In this document: positions 37,386-45,301 of the stretch, piece after piece
Position numbering within the stretch: the first letter of the stretch is position 1
How the letters are laid out: each line of letters begins with the position of its first letter
Assembly: GCA_001823065.1 (NCBI GenBank)
Contig: MHTJ01000003.1
Location: 253,283 to 317,282, forward strand
Direction of reading: 5' to 3'
DNA length: 64,000 nt
Origin: Candidatus Vogelbacteria bacterium RIFOXYD1_FULL_44_32
GTDB taxonomy: Bacteria; Patescibacteriota; Minisyncoccia; Phycocordibacterales; XYD1-FULL-46-19
Notes under the pieces: generated by a model
Databases searched by the model: none
Seen by the model: the letters and a program-made list of their open reading frames with translations, nothing else
What the model was told of the DNA's origin: nothing
Made by a program: the position numbers and the translations under genes

Positions 37386-38153
37386 CTAATACTGCCTCTT
37401 CATCTTGGAGATGACGTGGGCCAGCTCCTTGACGACAGGCAACAAAATGTCGTGGTGGCAGTTCTCGATCCGCCAGAAACCGATGCCGGAATGTGCCACC
37501 ATTGTGTCCCAGCGCTTGTTCCGCGCTTCGCGGAACTCGAGCTCAGATTCGGTCAACCCCCCACGCAATCCCATCCACTCGACCCGGTGGGGCGAGTCGA
37601 TATACAGAGGCACAATGTCCCCCTGGTCAATCCAGGTCACCTCGAGACACTGGAGGATCGTCTCGGGGGTGGCAGTCAAGATACCCACCACCGGCTGAGT
37701 AATAGCCAGGTGGATATCCTCGACAGTGGTACCGTAGAGATACTGTCCCACTGTCACCACCCAAGCAAACTCCCCTTGGGCGGACAAAGCCTTGAACTCC
37801 GCCTCAGTGTGGTGGATATACTCCCCACGGAAGTCGCCCGCCCGCTCTGGCCGAGTGGTATGGCTCGGTATGAGCCGAAACTTGGGCGCCAACCCATAGT
37901 GGGCGGACAACAGATCATCCTCGAAGTACCGGCTCGCTGCCCGCAGGGTATCCTCGTCGATACTGGACCCGTTGTACTCCCGGAGGAGGATACGGAGGAC
38001 AGTGGACTTCCCAGAGCCCATCGTCCCGCTGGGGATCAGGATATGACCCTTGCGAGGCCAATCTTTCTCCGGGTGCCAGCGAAAGCGCTTGGGCTGAGCC
38101 ATCTGAGCCACTTCCCCCACTTGGATCATTTCCCTCATTGTTGTCGGCGGCAT
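37386..38153 (-). CDS. gmk: guanylate kinase, compositionally atypical (about 58% GC)
   Basis: Start at MPPTTM, preceded by AAGGAGA. P-loop GTMGSGKST, guanylate-kinase signature SHTTRPERAGDFRGEYIHH and the YGT motif. Strong G/C bias at third codon positions. Confidence 0.75.
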   Translation of the reverse strand: MPPTTMREMIQVGEVAQMAQPKRFRWHPEKDWPRKGHILIPSGTMGSGKSTVLRILLREYNGSSIDEDTLRAASRYFEDDLLSAHYGLAPKFRLIPSHTTRPERAGDFRGEYIHHTEAEFKALSAQGEFAWVVTVGQYLYGTTVEDIHLAITQPVVGILTATPETILQCLEVTWIDQGDIVPLYIDSPHRVEWMGLRGGLTESELEFREARNKRWDTMVAHSGIGFWRIENCHHDILLPVVKELAHVISKMKRQY

Positions 38154-38276
38154 GTTTTTCTCCTTCTTTTGCCGATGTAAACAAAAAAAGACCACCGAGC
38201 AACAGGCTCGTGTCTGTTTATAACCTTACCACACATAGCCACTTTAAGCTAGGGTAAAATCGCCCAGCTCAGGACT

Positions 38277-39353
38277 TTACTCTTCATCCACTGGTTTATC
38301 TAAAATCAGGGTCTCTACCCCCGCCGACTCGCCCGCAATGCGAAACACATCTTTATCAATCTTTTTAAATTCTTTGTAGGCATTGTTATAGTGGCTCACG
38401 GTCGTCCCTAAAGAACCGCCCATTTTCTGCATAAAGCTGTCATAAACGCCAATATGTTTACCGAGCTCCTCTACCCTCTTCCTTATCTCTTTGGCCGATT
38501 CTTCAATCTGTAGTGCTTTTAGCCCCTGCAAGACTGTTTGTAAATAGGCCAAGAAGGAAGTGGGCGAAACAATAATGACATGGTACTTGTTGGCGGCGCG
38601 CTGGATGAGGTTTTCGGTATCGTCCGTGATGGCGCCAATTTTGTTGACCAACAGGTCGTAGTAAATGGCCTCGTGGGGAATAAACATAAAAGCAAAGTCT
38701 AGTGTCCCCTCGCTTGGGCGAATATATTTGGCTGTTTCTTGAATCCGATTTTTCAGGTCGTTTACAAACAGTTTTTCCAGCCGGTCGCGCTCGGCTTCGT
38801 TTTTCTCTTCCGCCACACGGTTGTAGTTTTCCAGTGAAAACTTAGAGTCCACGGGAATAATTTTATCTTTCACAAACACCGCCGCGTCCACTATTTCCCC
38901 ATCGGCAAACTTGTACTGCATTTGAAAACCCGTCGGCGGTAAAATATTTTTTAGCAAAGTTTCCAAATAATATTCACCTAGTATCCCCCGCTGTTTGGGG
39001 TTCTTCAAAATATCTTGCAAGTCTTTTAGCTGGTCGGTAAAGTTCATGACTTGGCGGTTGGTCTCGTCGAGCTTGGTGAGACGCTCGGTGACATCGGTCA
39101 CTATTTTCATGGAGTCGGAAAATTGGGTCCGCATGGAGTCTTGCATAAAACGCGACGACTCTTTTAGCTCGGTCCGGACATGACCCATACCGTCATCCAT
39201 TCGACGCAACATCTCATTCAGTTGGTTTTGCATTAGCACCAAAGATTCACTATTCCCCTCAGTCGGCTTTTTTCCCCGCGCTAAAAATATAGTGATTATA
39301 GCCACCAAGGAGCCCCCCACCACTACGCCTGCAACGATATAGACAATTTCCAT
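38277..39353 (-). CDS. rmuC: DNA recombination protein RmuC
   Basis: 358 aa. N-terminal TM helix, coiled coil, and the RmuC C-terminal nuclease-like region (GEYYLETLL..., FAFMFIPHEAIYYDL). Confidence 0.88.
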   Translation of the reverse strand: MEIVYIVAGVVVGGSLVAIITIFLARGKKPTEGNSESLVLMQNQLNEMLRRMDDGMGHVRTELKESSRFMQDSMRTQFSDSMKIVTDVTERLTKLDETNRQVMNFTDQLKDLQDILKNPKQRGILGEYYLETLLKNILPPTGFQMQYKFADGEIVDAAVFVKDKIIPVDSKFSLENYNRVAEEKNEAERDRLEKLFVNDLKNRIQETAKYIRPSEGTLDFAFMFIPHEAIYYDLLVNKIGAITDDTENLIQRAANKYHVIIVSPTSFLAYLQTVLQGLKALQIEESAKEIRKRVEELGKHIGVYDSFMQKMGGSLGTTVSHYNNAYKEFKKIDKDVFRIAGESAGVETLILDKPVDEE

Positions 39354-39533
39354 TTGTTTATAATATCAGTAAGCTAGGATTAAATCTAATCACCAAAAAG
39401 ACCACCGTGAGGTGGCCTTTAGGACATCCGAAGATTTGATTCAAAGGATGTCTAATAATTCTAGACCTCTGACAAATAATTAAAATAGCAACTAATAAAT
39501 ATCTGTGGACAAGTCCAAAATCCCCTTTACTGG

Positions 39534-39788
39534 CTAGGATAAATCGCTGTCTATTTTCACCTCCTCAGCTTCGGCACTGGTCGCCAAGTCCAGGATGTCA
39601 GCTGGGGCCCTTGAGGCACTTTTTTCGGTACCATTTTTACCATTACTCCCACTTCTATACTTAGCCGGTAAAAGCTCTTGGGCTAGCTCAAAATCCTTGT
39701 CCTCGGCCTCTTTGACGAGTCTCCTACCCTCTTCATCGAAAATAGGAGTCGGTTTCATCGCTGGGTTTTCTATACCAAATTTTTTCAT
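39534..39788 (-). CDS. hypothetical small protein (84 aa)
   Basis: ORF-track entry. A U-run terminator follows on the minus strand. Confidence 0.4.
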   Translation of the reverse strand: MKKFGIENPAMKPTPIFDEEGRRLVKEAEDKDFELAQELLPAKYRSGSNGKNGTEKSASRAPADILDLATSAEAEEVKIDSDLS

Positions 39789-39902
39789 ATACCCCTTATT
39801 ATACGCCTAAAAAAATTAAACGGAATATATTTGCAAATTTTCATAATCGGGCTAAGATGCAAGCAGAGTATTTCTCACCAACCCAAGAAAGGGGGTACCG
39901 CG

Positions 39903-40001
39903 ATGAATGCCATGTTTTATTTGTTGGAATTTCTCCAGCAAGTTGCCCAGTGGTTGTTGGCCATCTTCGACTTGTACGAGTTGGTCTTGGGGTTCTTTTA
40001 A
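39903..40001 (+). CDS. candidate 32-aa hydrophobic peptide immediately upstream of the BNR lipoprotein gene
   Basis: RBS GAAAGGGGG lies 7 nt upstream of the ATG. Peptide MNAMFYLLEFLQQVAQWLLAIFDLYELVLGFF. Confidence 0.3.
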   Translation: MNAMFYLLEFLQQVAQWLLAIFDLYELVLGFF

Positions 40002-40017
40002 CTGAAGGGGTCTAATC

Positions 40018-40554
40018 GTGAAGAACATATTTGCCTTTATTTTCATCCTCCTCGCCTGTGGCTGCGCTCCAACGGTCAGCCACGAGGCGACATCCGGTAA
40101 CGCCCAATTCCGGATTGAGGGCACAACCCTCCAACGCCAAATTGACGGCGGCGGCTGGGAAAACCTGCAAGAAGCCACGGCCGTAAGTGCCGACCAAGGC
40201 AAGGTGTACATGATTAGTGCTGGCAATGTCTACGAGTCAACTGACCTCGGCGACACCTGGCAAGCAATCTTTTCGCCCTATGACCCCGCCACCGATGTTG
40301 AGGCGGTTGGTGGTTACCTGTGGGTTAGCGTCGCTAGCTGGGGTACATCGTCGGGTATCAACCGCCGTGATTCAAACGGCAATTGGGAAAACCTGCTTTG
40401 GAACAGCTGCTATGCGGTGGACGTCAACCCACGCCACCCAGACAAGCGAGCCAAAGCTCTGGTCAAAGAGGGTGGCTATGACCGCTACTGGGTGTACGCC
40501 CCCCTCTTTCCACCATACCTTTGGGTCAAGCTGTGGCCAGCGTTTACGCCATAG
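40018..40554 (+). CDS. lipoprotein with BNR/Asp-box repeat (STDLGDTW), compositionally atypical (about 55% GC)
   Basis: GTG start after AAGGGG. Signal peptide with lipobox LLACGC. Asp-box SxDxGxTW. Confidence 0.6.
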   Translation: MKNIFAFIFILLACGCAPTVSHEATSGNAQFRIEGTTLQRQIDGGGWENLQEATAVSADQGKVYMISAGNVYESTDLGDTWQAIFSPYDPATDVEAVGGYLWVSVASWGTSSGINRRDSNGNWENLLWNSCYAVDVNPRHPDKRAKALVKEGGYDRYWVYAPLFPPYLWVKLWPAFTP

Positions 40555-40575
40555 CGTCAGAGTCCACCCGTTCCC

Positions 40576-40610
40576 ATGTCCCCCGAAGAATCGGGGGACA
40601 TTTTTCATTT
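40576..40610 (+). terminator. intrinsic terminator ATGTCCCCCG-AAGAAT-CGGGGGACAT + TTTTT
   Basis: Follows the lipoprotein stop. Confidence 0.75.
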
Positions 40611-40651
40611 TAGAATTTTTTAGGTTAGCATATTAAACCTTAAACTATTTG

Positions 40652-40723
40652 TGACCCTACAGAGAATCGAACTCTGATTTAAACCTTGAGAAGGCCTTGT
40701 CCTAACCGTTAGACGATAGGGCC
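40652..40723 (-). tRNA. tRNA-Glu (anticodon CUC)
   Basis: Cloverleaf folded by hand: acceptor GGCCCTA/TAGGGTC, D-arm GTCT-AACGGTTA-GGAC, anticodon stem AGGCC/GGTTT with loop TTCTCAA, T-arm CAGAG-TTCGATT-CTCTG, discriminator A. CCA is not encoded. Confidence 0.85.
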
Positions 40724-40863
40724 AAATAATTGTTAACATCGTGAGTATAGCGAAAAAAATATTTAAAGACAATTGTATTCTATTGTCTACCATAATCCCT
40801 CGATTAGCCGCCTTTTACTTTTACTACCCAATCCGCTAATATTTTTATAGAAAGGAGGCCCCT

Positions 40864-41046
40864 ATGCGCCAAAGATCAGACTTAGAGCTCTCCGCCGAGA
40901 GTGGAGAGTTCCGGCCGTTCATGACCGCCGAGGAATACTACGACTTTCAGGACAGGTTTCAAAAACAGGTTGGCCCCGAGCTCGACCGCCACGCTGAAGC
41001 CAGGCAAGCCAGTGAGAAAGTGGCGAGAGAACATTATGTCCACTAA
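40864..41046 (+). CDS. hypothetical 60-aa acidic protein whose 3' end is duplicated about 760 bp downstream
   Basis: Strong RBS AAAGGAGG. GC-rich. Confidence 0.5.
   Translation: MRQRSDLELSAESGEFRPFMTAEEYYDFQDRFQKQVGPELDRHAEARQASEKVAREHYVH
40974..41039 (+). repeat. direct repeat copy 1 (66 bp; also the 3' coding end of the 60-aa ORF)
   Basis: 63/66 identical to 41738-41803. Confidence 0.85.
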
Positions 41047-41125
41047 CCTCTGTTCGCCCCCTACCCGCGTCTGCTCCCCCGAGCCGGCGCGGATTTTTTA
41101 TTGGGACAGGAGCGCAAACAAGTTT

Positions 41126-41677
41126 TTAGATTAGTTTAGTTTCTAAAAATTTAACGATATGACTAACAAGCAAATAATAATAGTTTGCAATAATTGTCGA
41201 AATAGCTAAAACGCTGAAAATTATAGTCGAGACTGATAGAAATCCATATTTTTGAGCAAAAAAATAAATAACTAGGGCATATCCTGCACAGACAACCAAA
41301 GATATCGCAATCATTTTATGTTTTGTCTTAATAATCAAATCGGCCCCAAATCGTTTATACCACCATTTTTCTACAAAATAAACTATCAAGGTGATAAATA
41401 AGTAAGCATACCAAAAAAAATTTTCTAAATGATAAGTTCTTTGATACTCACCATCAGCAATTGAGAATCCTTGAATTAAAAAATTAAGAATGTTTATAAG
41501 GAAGTCACCAGAATTTACCAAGACAAGCGATATTAAAGCTCCAAATCCTAAGAAAATTGATACGACATTTAATGTGTAGACAAAACTAAATTGACTGGCC
41601 TTAAATAGAAGTAACAATTCTCGCCAAATCATTCTGACAAGATCGGGTTTTTTGTTCACATCTGGAACGATGGACAT
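41126..41677 (-). CDS. hypothetical polytopic membrane protein, AT-rich (about 32% GC), bracketed by the 66-bp direct repeats
   Basis: 183 aa with about 5 TM helices. Composition differs sharply from its GC-rich flanks. Confidence 0.55.
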   Translation of the reverse strand: MSIVPDVNKKPDLVRMIWRELLLLFKASQFSFVYTLNVVSIFLGFGALISLVLVNSGDFLINILNFLIQGFSIADGEYQRTYHLENFFWYAYLFITLIVYFVEKWWYKRFGADLIIKTKHKMIAISLVVCAGYALVIYFFAQKYGFLSVSTIIFSVLAISTIIANYYYLLVSHIVKFLETKLI

Positions 41678-41737
41678 AATAGGCTTATTATAACAATTTT
41701 TATGTTAACTACCCAAAAAAAAGTAAGCTAACCTCTC

Positions 41738-41810
41738 CCCCGAGCTCGACCGCCACGCTGAAGCCAGGCAAGCCAGTGAGAAAGCGGCGAGGGATCATTA
41801 TGTGTCCTGA
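41738..41810 (+). repeat. direct repeat copy 2 (66 bp) and a remnant 3' gene fragment (encodes PELDRHAEARQASEKAARDHYVS*) with its own terminator at 41822-41850
   Basis: Three mismatches against copy 1. Reads in frame to a TGA. Confidence 0.8.
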
Positions 41811-41934
41811 CACTGCTCCCCGCTCAATCCCCGCGCCTACGGCGCGGGGATTTTACTATTTACAATTTACATTTTTTATGTTAGATATATTGCCAGTAAA
41901 ACTGAACCAAAACAACTGAAGAAAGGAAAACCAA

Positions 41935-43191
41935 ATGCGTGATCGGTTGAAGTTTGACGTCACCAGACTCCCAAACGGCATTACTATCTACGCGATGCCT
42001 TGGGATGTCCCCTTTGCCGACATTCGTTTACTTGTCCCCGTCGGACATATAAACAACGTTGGTAAATATTTACCAGGTTCCGCTCACATGCTGGAACACT
42101 TGGTATTTCAACGTTCCGAGGCATTCCCCAAGCCCAGATCTTTTTCTCAAACAATCGAAATGGATGGGGGCGATGCCAGTGCTGGTACATCATTTTCGGT
42201 CACATCGTATGAAATGACGATTGCTGCCGAAGATGTTGACGAAAAACTTGCTTCTTTTATTGAGCATATCTTCCATCCCGTTATCGTCACCGCCGACATC
42301 ATGCATGAAGTCGGCATCATTAGTAACGAAAGACGGAGAGCAATGTCACCTTGGTACCCCGGTGAAGACAAGACCGAGCAACATTGTCGCCTGTATTGGA
42401 AACGCGACTCAGCCCTTTCTATTCGCCAAAGGTTTGGCGACGATCAGGACTTGGCCTTAATGGGGGAAAAGGATCTCCTGTCCTTGCACCAGAACTATTC
42501 TTCCCCAGACACCGTATTGTTTGTGGGCGGAAATTTCCATTTGGACACGATTGTGCGTGTAATGGAAAAAATCAAAACCACACCCCAACGGTTGGAGGAA
42601 AATTTTGAACACCTAAGCTGGGTCAACCCGGAGTATCACGAGGTGTTATGTGAAGAATCAAATCGGTTTTTTTACCACCTTGGTGGAATTGCCGAACCAT
42701 TCTCACCCTTGAGATTTTTTGGGACAAAATTCTTAGGTACCCTACTGACCAATACCGTACAAGGTACATTGTCAGACTGGCTCCGCCACGAACGGGGCTG
42801 GGTCTACAACATAGGGTTTACTGTCAACCGGTCACCAAAACAACGGGCCAACGACTGGGAACTGTATATCCCCCTCAGTGAGTATGAACAAGTGAAGGTG
42901 GTGAGAGGAGAAATTCATGACCGAATACTGAGGGCGATCTCGGATCGTGATCTAATCAACCGAGAGTTGCACCGACAACTTTCAGCCCAGCTCTTCAGCT
43001 ACCAGACATTGGGTTCGGCGATCGATGAGGGAATTTACAATCTCTTAGCCTTTGGCCAACCAATTTCAGAGACAAAAAAGCAAGACATTCTCTGCCAAGC
43101 GGCCAATTCCGAATTTCTCACAGTATTGTACGAGGAATCCTGGATACCCGGCGCCTCCGGAGAATTTCTGGCCCTGCCGGAAAATGTTTGA
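41935..43191 (+). CDS. M16-family (insulinase/pitrilysin-like) zinc peptidase
   Basis: 418 aa. Inverted zinc motif HxxEH (SAHMLEHLVFQRSE). Confidence 0.8.
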   Translation: MRDRLKFDVTRLPNGITIYAMPWDVPFADIRLLVPVGHINNVGKYLPGSAHMLEHLVFQRSEAFPKPRSFSQTIEMDGGDASAGTSFSVTSYEMTIAAEDVDEKLASFIEHIFHPVIVTADIMHEVGIISNERRRAMSPWYPGEDKTEQHCRLYWKRDSALSIRQRFGDDQDLALMGEKDLLSLHQNYSSPDTVLFVGGNFHLDTIVRVMEKIKTTPQRLEENFEHLSWVNPEYHEVLCEESNRFFYHLGGIAEPFSPLRFFGTKFLGTLLTNTVQGTLSDWLRHERGWVYNIGFTVNRSPKQRANDWELYIPLSEYEQVKVVRGEIHDRILRAISDRDLINRELHRQLSAQLFSYQTLGSAIDEGIYNLLAFGQPISETKKQDILCQAANSEFLTVLYEESWIPGASGEFLALPENV

Positions 43192-43200
43192 TCCACAAGT

Positions 43201-43238
43201 CCCGGGCGCTCCCAAGCGCCCGGGCTAAATTTTTATAT
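43201..43238 (+). terminator. intrinsic terminator CCCGGGCGCT-CCCA-AGCGCCCGGG + AAATTTTTAT
   Basis: Follows the M16 peptidase stop. Confidence 0.7.
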
Positions 43239-43322
43239 TTAATTTTTATTTTTGTCACTATATCCCATCAACAGCGTTCTAAAATAGACGCACAGTCTGG
43301 TTTATCTTATAATCATAAGTAT

Positions 43323-43694
43323 ATGAAAAAACTTCAAATATTTTTAGCCCTTGGTATTACTATTCCATATATATTAGCCTCCCTATATGGATTATATGCC
43401 TACGGAAATGATATGGATCCTGGTGATTGGGATGGTATCGAAATTATAATGTTTCTTATGTTGATTGCTTGGCCACTTATAGCGATTTGCTTCCTCTCTT
43501 TTATCTCTAGAATGATTTATTTGAAAGTAAAACAAAGACCGGTCTGGCCTGAATTTATCTGCTTTACAAAATCACTAATAATATTAGGGGTAATAGCAAT
43601 CGGCCTCTGGAATTTTGCTGGTTATTGTAATAAAAATAAATGTGGTTTTTTACCAACAAGAGAAATTCCTAAAAATTCAATGTACGATAATTAA
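43323..43694 (+). CDS. hypothetical membrane protein, AT-rich (about 33% GC)
   Basis: Start at MKKLQIFLALGITIPYIL. Three TM helices and a Cys-rich C-terminus. Confidence 0.45.
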   Translation: MKKLQIFLALGITIPYILASLYGLYAYGNDMDPGDWDGIEIIMFLMLIAWPLIAICFLSFISRMIYLKVKQRPVWPEFICFTKSLIILGVIAIGLWNFAGYCNKNKCGFLPTREIPKNSMYDN

Positions 43695-43716
43695 CTTTTC
43701 CCCGCCTCTCTCTTTG

Positions 43717-43973
43717 GCGCTAATCCAGAAAATTTTGATTATTGCGAGAAGGATAGTAAAAATTAATGAGCCAAGTCGAAAAATTAAACTGTTTGACCCT
43801 GTGGAATAAAAACTTTAGATTTTAGAGAAATAACCTATCACAACACCTATTTTTTTAGTTTGTATTACTTTCAACTTACCTATTCCACGGGGGAGTTTTT
43901 AATTTTTCGCAAACGAGGTGAATATAATTTTCCTAGACTGAAGCATACTAATCAAAATTTTCTGGATTAGCGC
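43717..43973. mobile_element. MITE-like element: 257 bp bounded by perfect 25-bp terminal inverted repeats (GCGCTAATCCAGAAAATTTTGATTA / TAATCAAAATTTTCTGGATTAGCGC), no ORF inside
   Basis: Read directly from the sequence. The right repeat overlaps the murF stop codon (43967-43969). No clear target-site duplication. Confidence 0.55.
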
Positions 43974-45280
43974 TTCAGCCACTCCTCTTCTTGCCGGCAC
44001 AACAGCTCCTCGGCTCTAAGCGGCTCGGCCATTATTTCCACCACCGCTTTTTCCATCCGCATCCCCTGCGACCCTTTTATTAGCACCACATCCCCGGCTT
44101 CAATTATTTTATCCAGCGCCTCACCAGCCTCGCTCGAATTATCAAAATGTTTGATAGCCTCTTCGGCCAAACCTATTTCTCTGGCTTTTTCTTCTATAAA
44201 TTTTGAGCGCAAGCCAACCGTCAGCAACATATCACAATTTTTCGCAACTAGCTCCCCGGCCGCGCGGTGAGCCTCGATCGTATGTTCCCCCAGCTCGAGC
44301 ATATCGCCCAGCACCGCAATTTTTCGGCCCGTAGACTTGATTCCCCCAACTGTAAGCAGAGCAGCCTCGAGCGCGGCTGGCGACGAATTGTAGGTATCAT
44401 CGAGAATAACTGAATTTTTGACTCCCGCCAAAAGGCGCAAGCGCCCCGGTGGAGTTTCGTGTAAATTTTGAATGGTTTCAGCGACCACCACAATATTTAA
44501 ACCCTCGGCGATAGCCACGGCAATGGCGCCTAAAACCGAATATATTTGATGCTTGCCTAATACGCCCCTCACTCTAATCGGGATAATTTGCCCTCGATAA
44601 TCGACCTTAAATGACAACCCGATTGGTAAATCTAGGCCATCTTTATTTTCATACAAAATTTGGGCATTAGATGCTCTAAGGTCGGCCGGCTCATTAAAAC
44701 CATAAGTAATTTTAGCGTGGGGTAAAATACTGATTTTGTCATGCAAAGTAGTATCATCGGAATTGTAAATAATATAGCCATCTTTCCTCACCCCTTGCGC
44801 GAGTGCTATTTTTTCCCTGACCACAGCTTCCCGGTCAGAAAAGAACTCAATATGAGCGGGAATATTAGGTAAGCGGGTCAACACCCCAATATCGGGCTTT
44901 AGCCATTTGGTCATTTTCCGGATATCCCCCGGTCGGTCGGCCCCCACTTCTAGTACCAGCCGTTCGGGGTAAAGGTCATGTTTTAGGCCCTCCAGAGCCC
45001 CTAGAACAATGATTTTCAGCCACCCTAGAGGATTTAGCCAGGCCGATTTTAGACCTAGGATCGTCAGGGGTATACCCATTTCACTGTTATAGCTTTTTTG
45101 GCTTTTACGAGTCCGGAAATGCCCCGCGAGAACGGTAAAAATAGCATCCTTGGTCGAGGTTTTGCCCACACTACCAGTAATGGCAATAATTTTAGGCCGA
45201 TTCTTTTTCAGCACTAAAATCGACTCCTTAATTAGAATCGCCGAAATAATTTGTTTAAAAATATCCTTGACAGCTGACAT
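43967..45280 (-). CDS. murF: UDP-N-acetylmuramoyl-tripeptide--D-alanyl-D-alanine ligase
   Basis: 437 aa. Mur ligase P-loop ITGSVGKTSTKDAI and MurF-like DDTYNSSPAALEAAL. It is the last gene of a minus-strand mraZ-rsmH-ftsL-ftsI-murF array. Confidence 0.85.
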   Translation of the reverse strand: MSAVKDIFKQIISAILIKESILVLKKNRPKIIAITGSVGKTSTKDAIFTVLAGHFRTRKSQKSYNSEMGIPLTILGLKSAWLNPLGWLKIIVLGALEGLKHDLYPERLVLEVGADRPGDIRKMTKWLKPDIGVLTRLPNIPAHIEFFSDREAVVREKIALAQGVRKDGYIIYNSDDTTLHDKISILPHAKITYGFNEPADLRASNAQILYENKDGLDLPIGLSFKVDYRGQIIPIRVRGVLGKHQIYSVLGAIAVAIAEGLNIVVVAETIQNLHETPPGRLRLLAGVKNSVILDDTYNSSPAALEAALLTVGGIKSTGRKIAVLGDMLELGEHTIEAHRAAGELVAKNCDMLLTVGLRSKFIEEKAREIGLAEEAIKHFDNSSEAGEALDKIIEAGDVVLIKGSQGMRMEKAVVEIMAEPLRAEELLCRQEEEWLKR

Positions 45281-45301
45281 ATTTTATTTTCCGTCCGATC
45301 A

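Noticed and set aside
37416-38180. 254-aa plus-strand ORF fully antisense to the guanylate kinase gene (and several other overlapping ORFs 37405-38202)
   Set aside because: Low-complexity Pro/Gly/Arg-rich translation with no motifs. The minus-strand product has complete Gmk signatures. Such antisense ORFs are expected in locally GC-rich DNA with G/C at third positions.
39852-40226. 124-aa minus-strand ORF overlapping the BNR lipoprotein gene start region (and 40217-40636 +, 40372-40608 -)
   Set aside because: Overlaps a better-supported signal-peptide/Asp-box gene. The high local GC inflates spurious ORFs.
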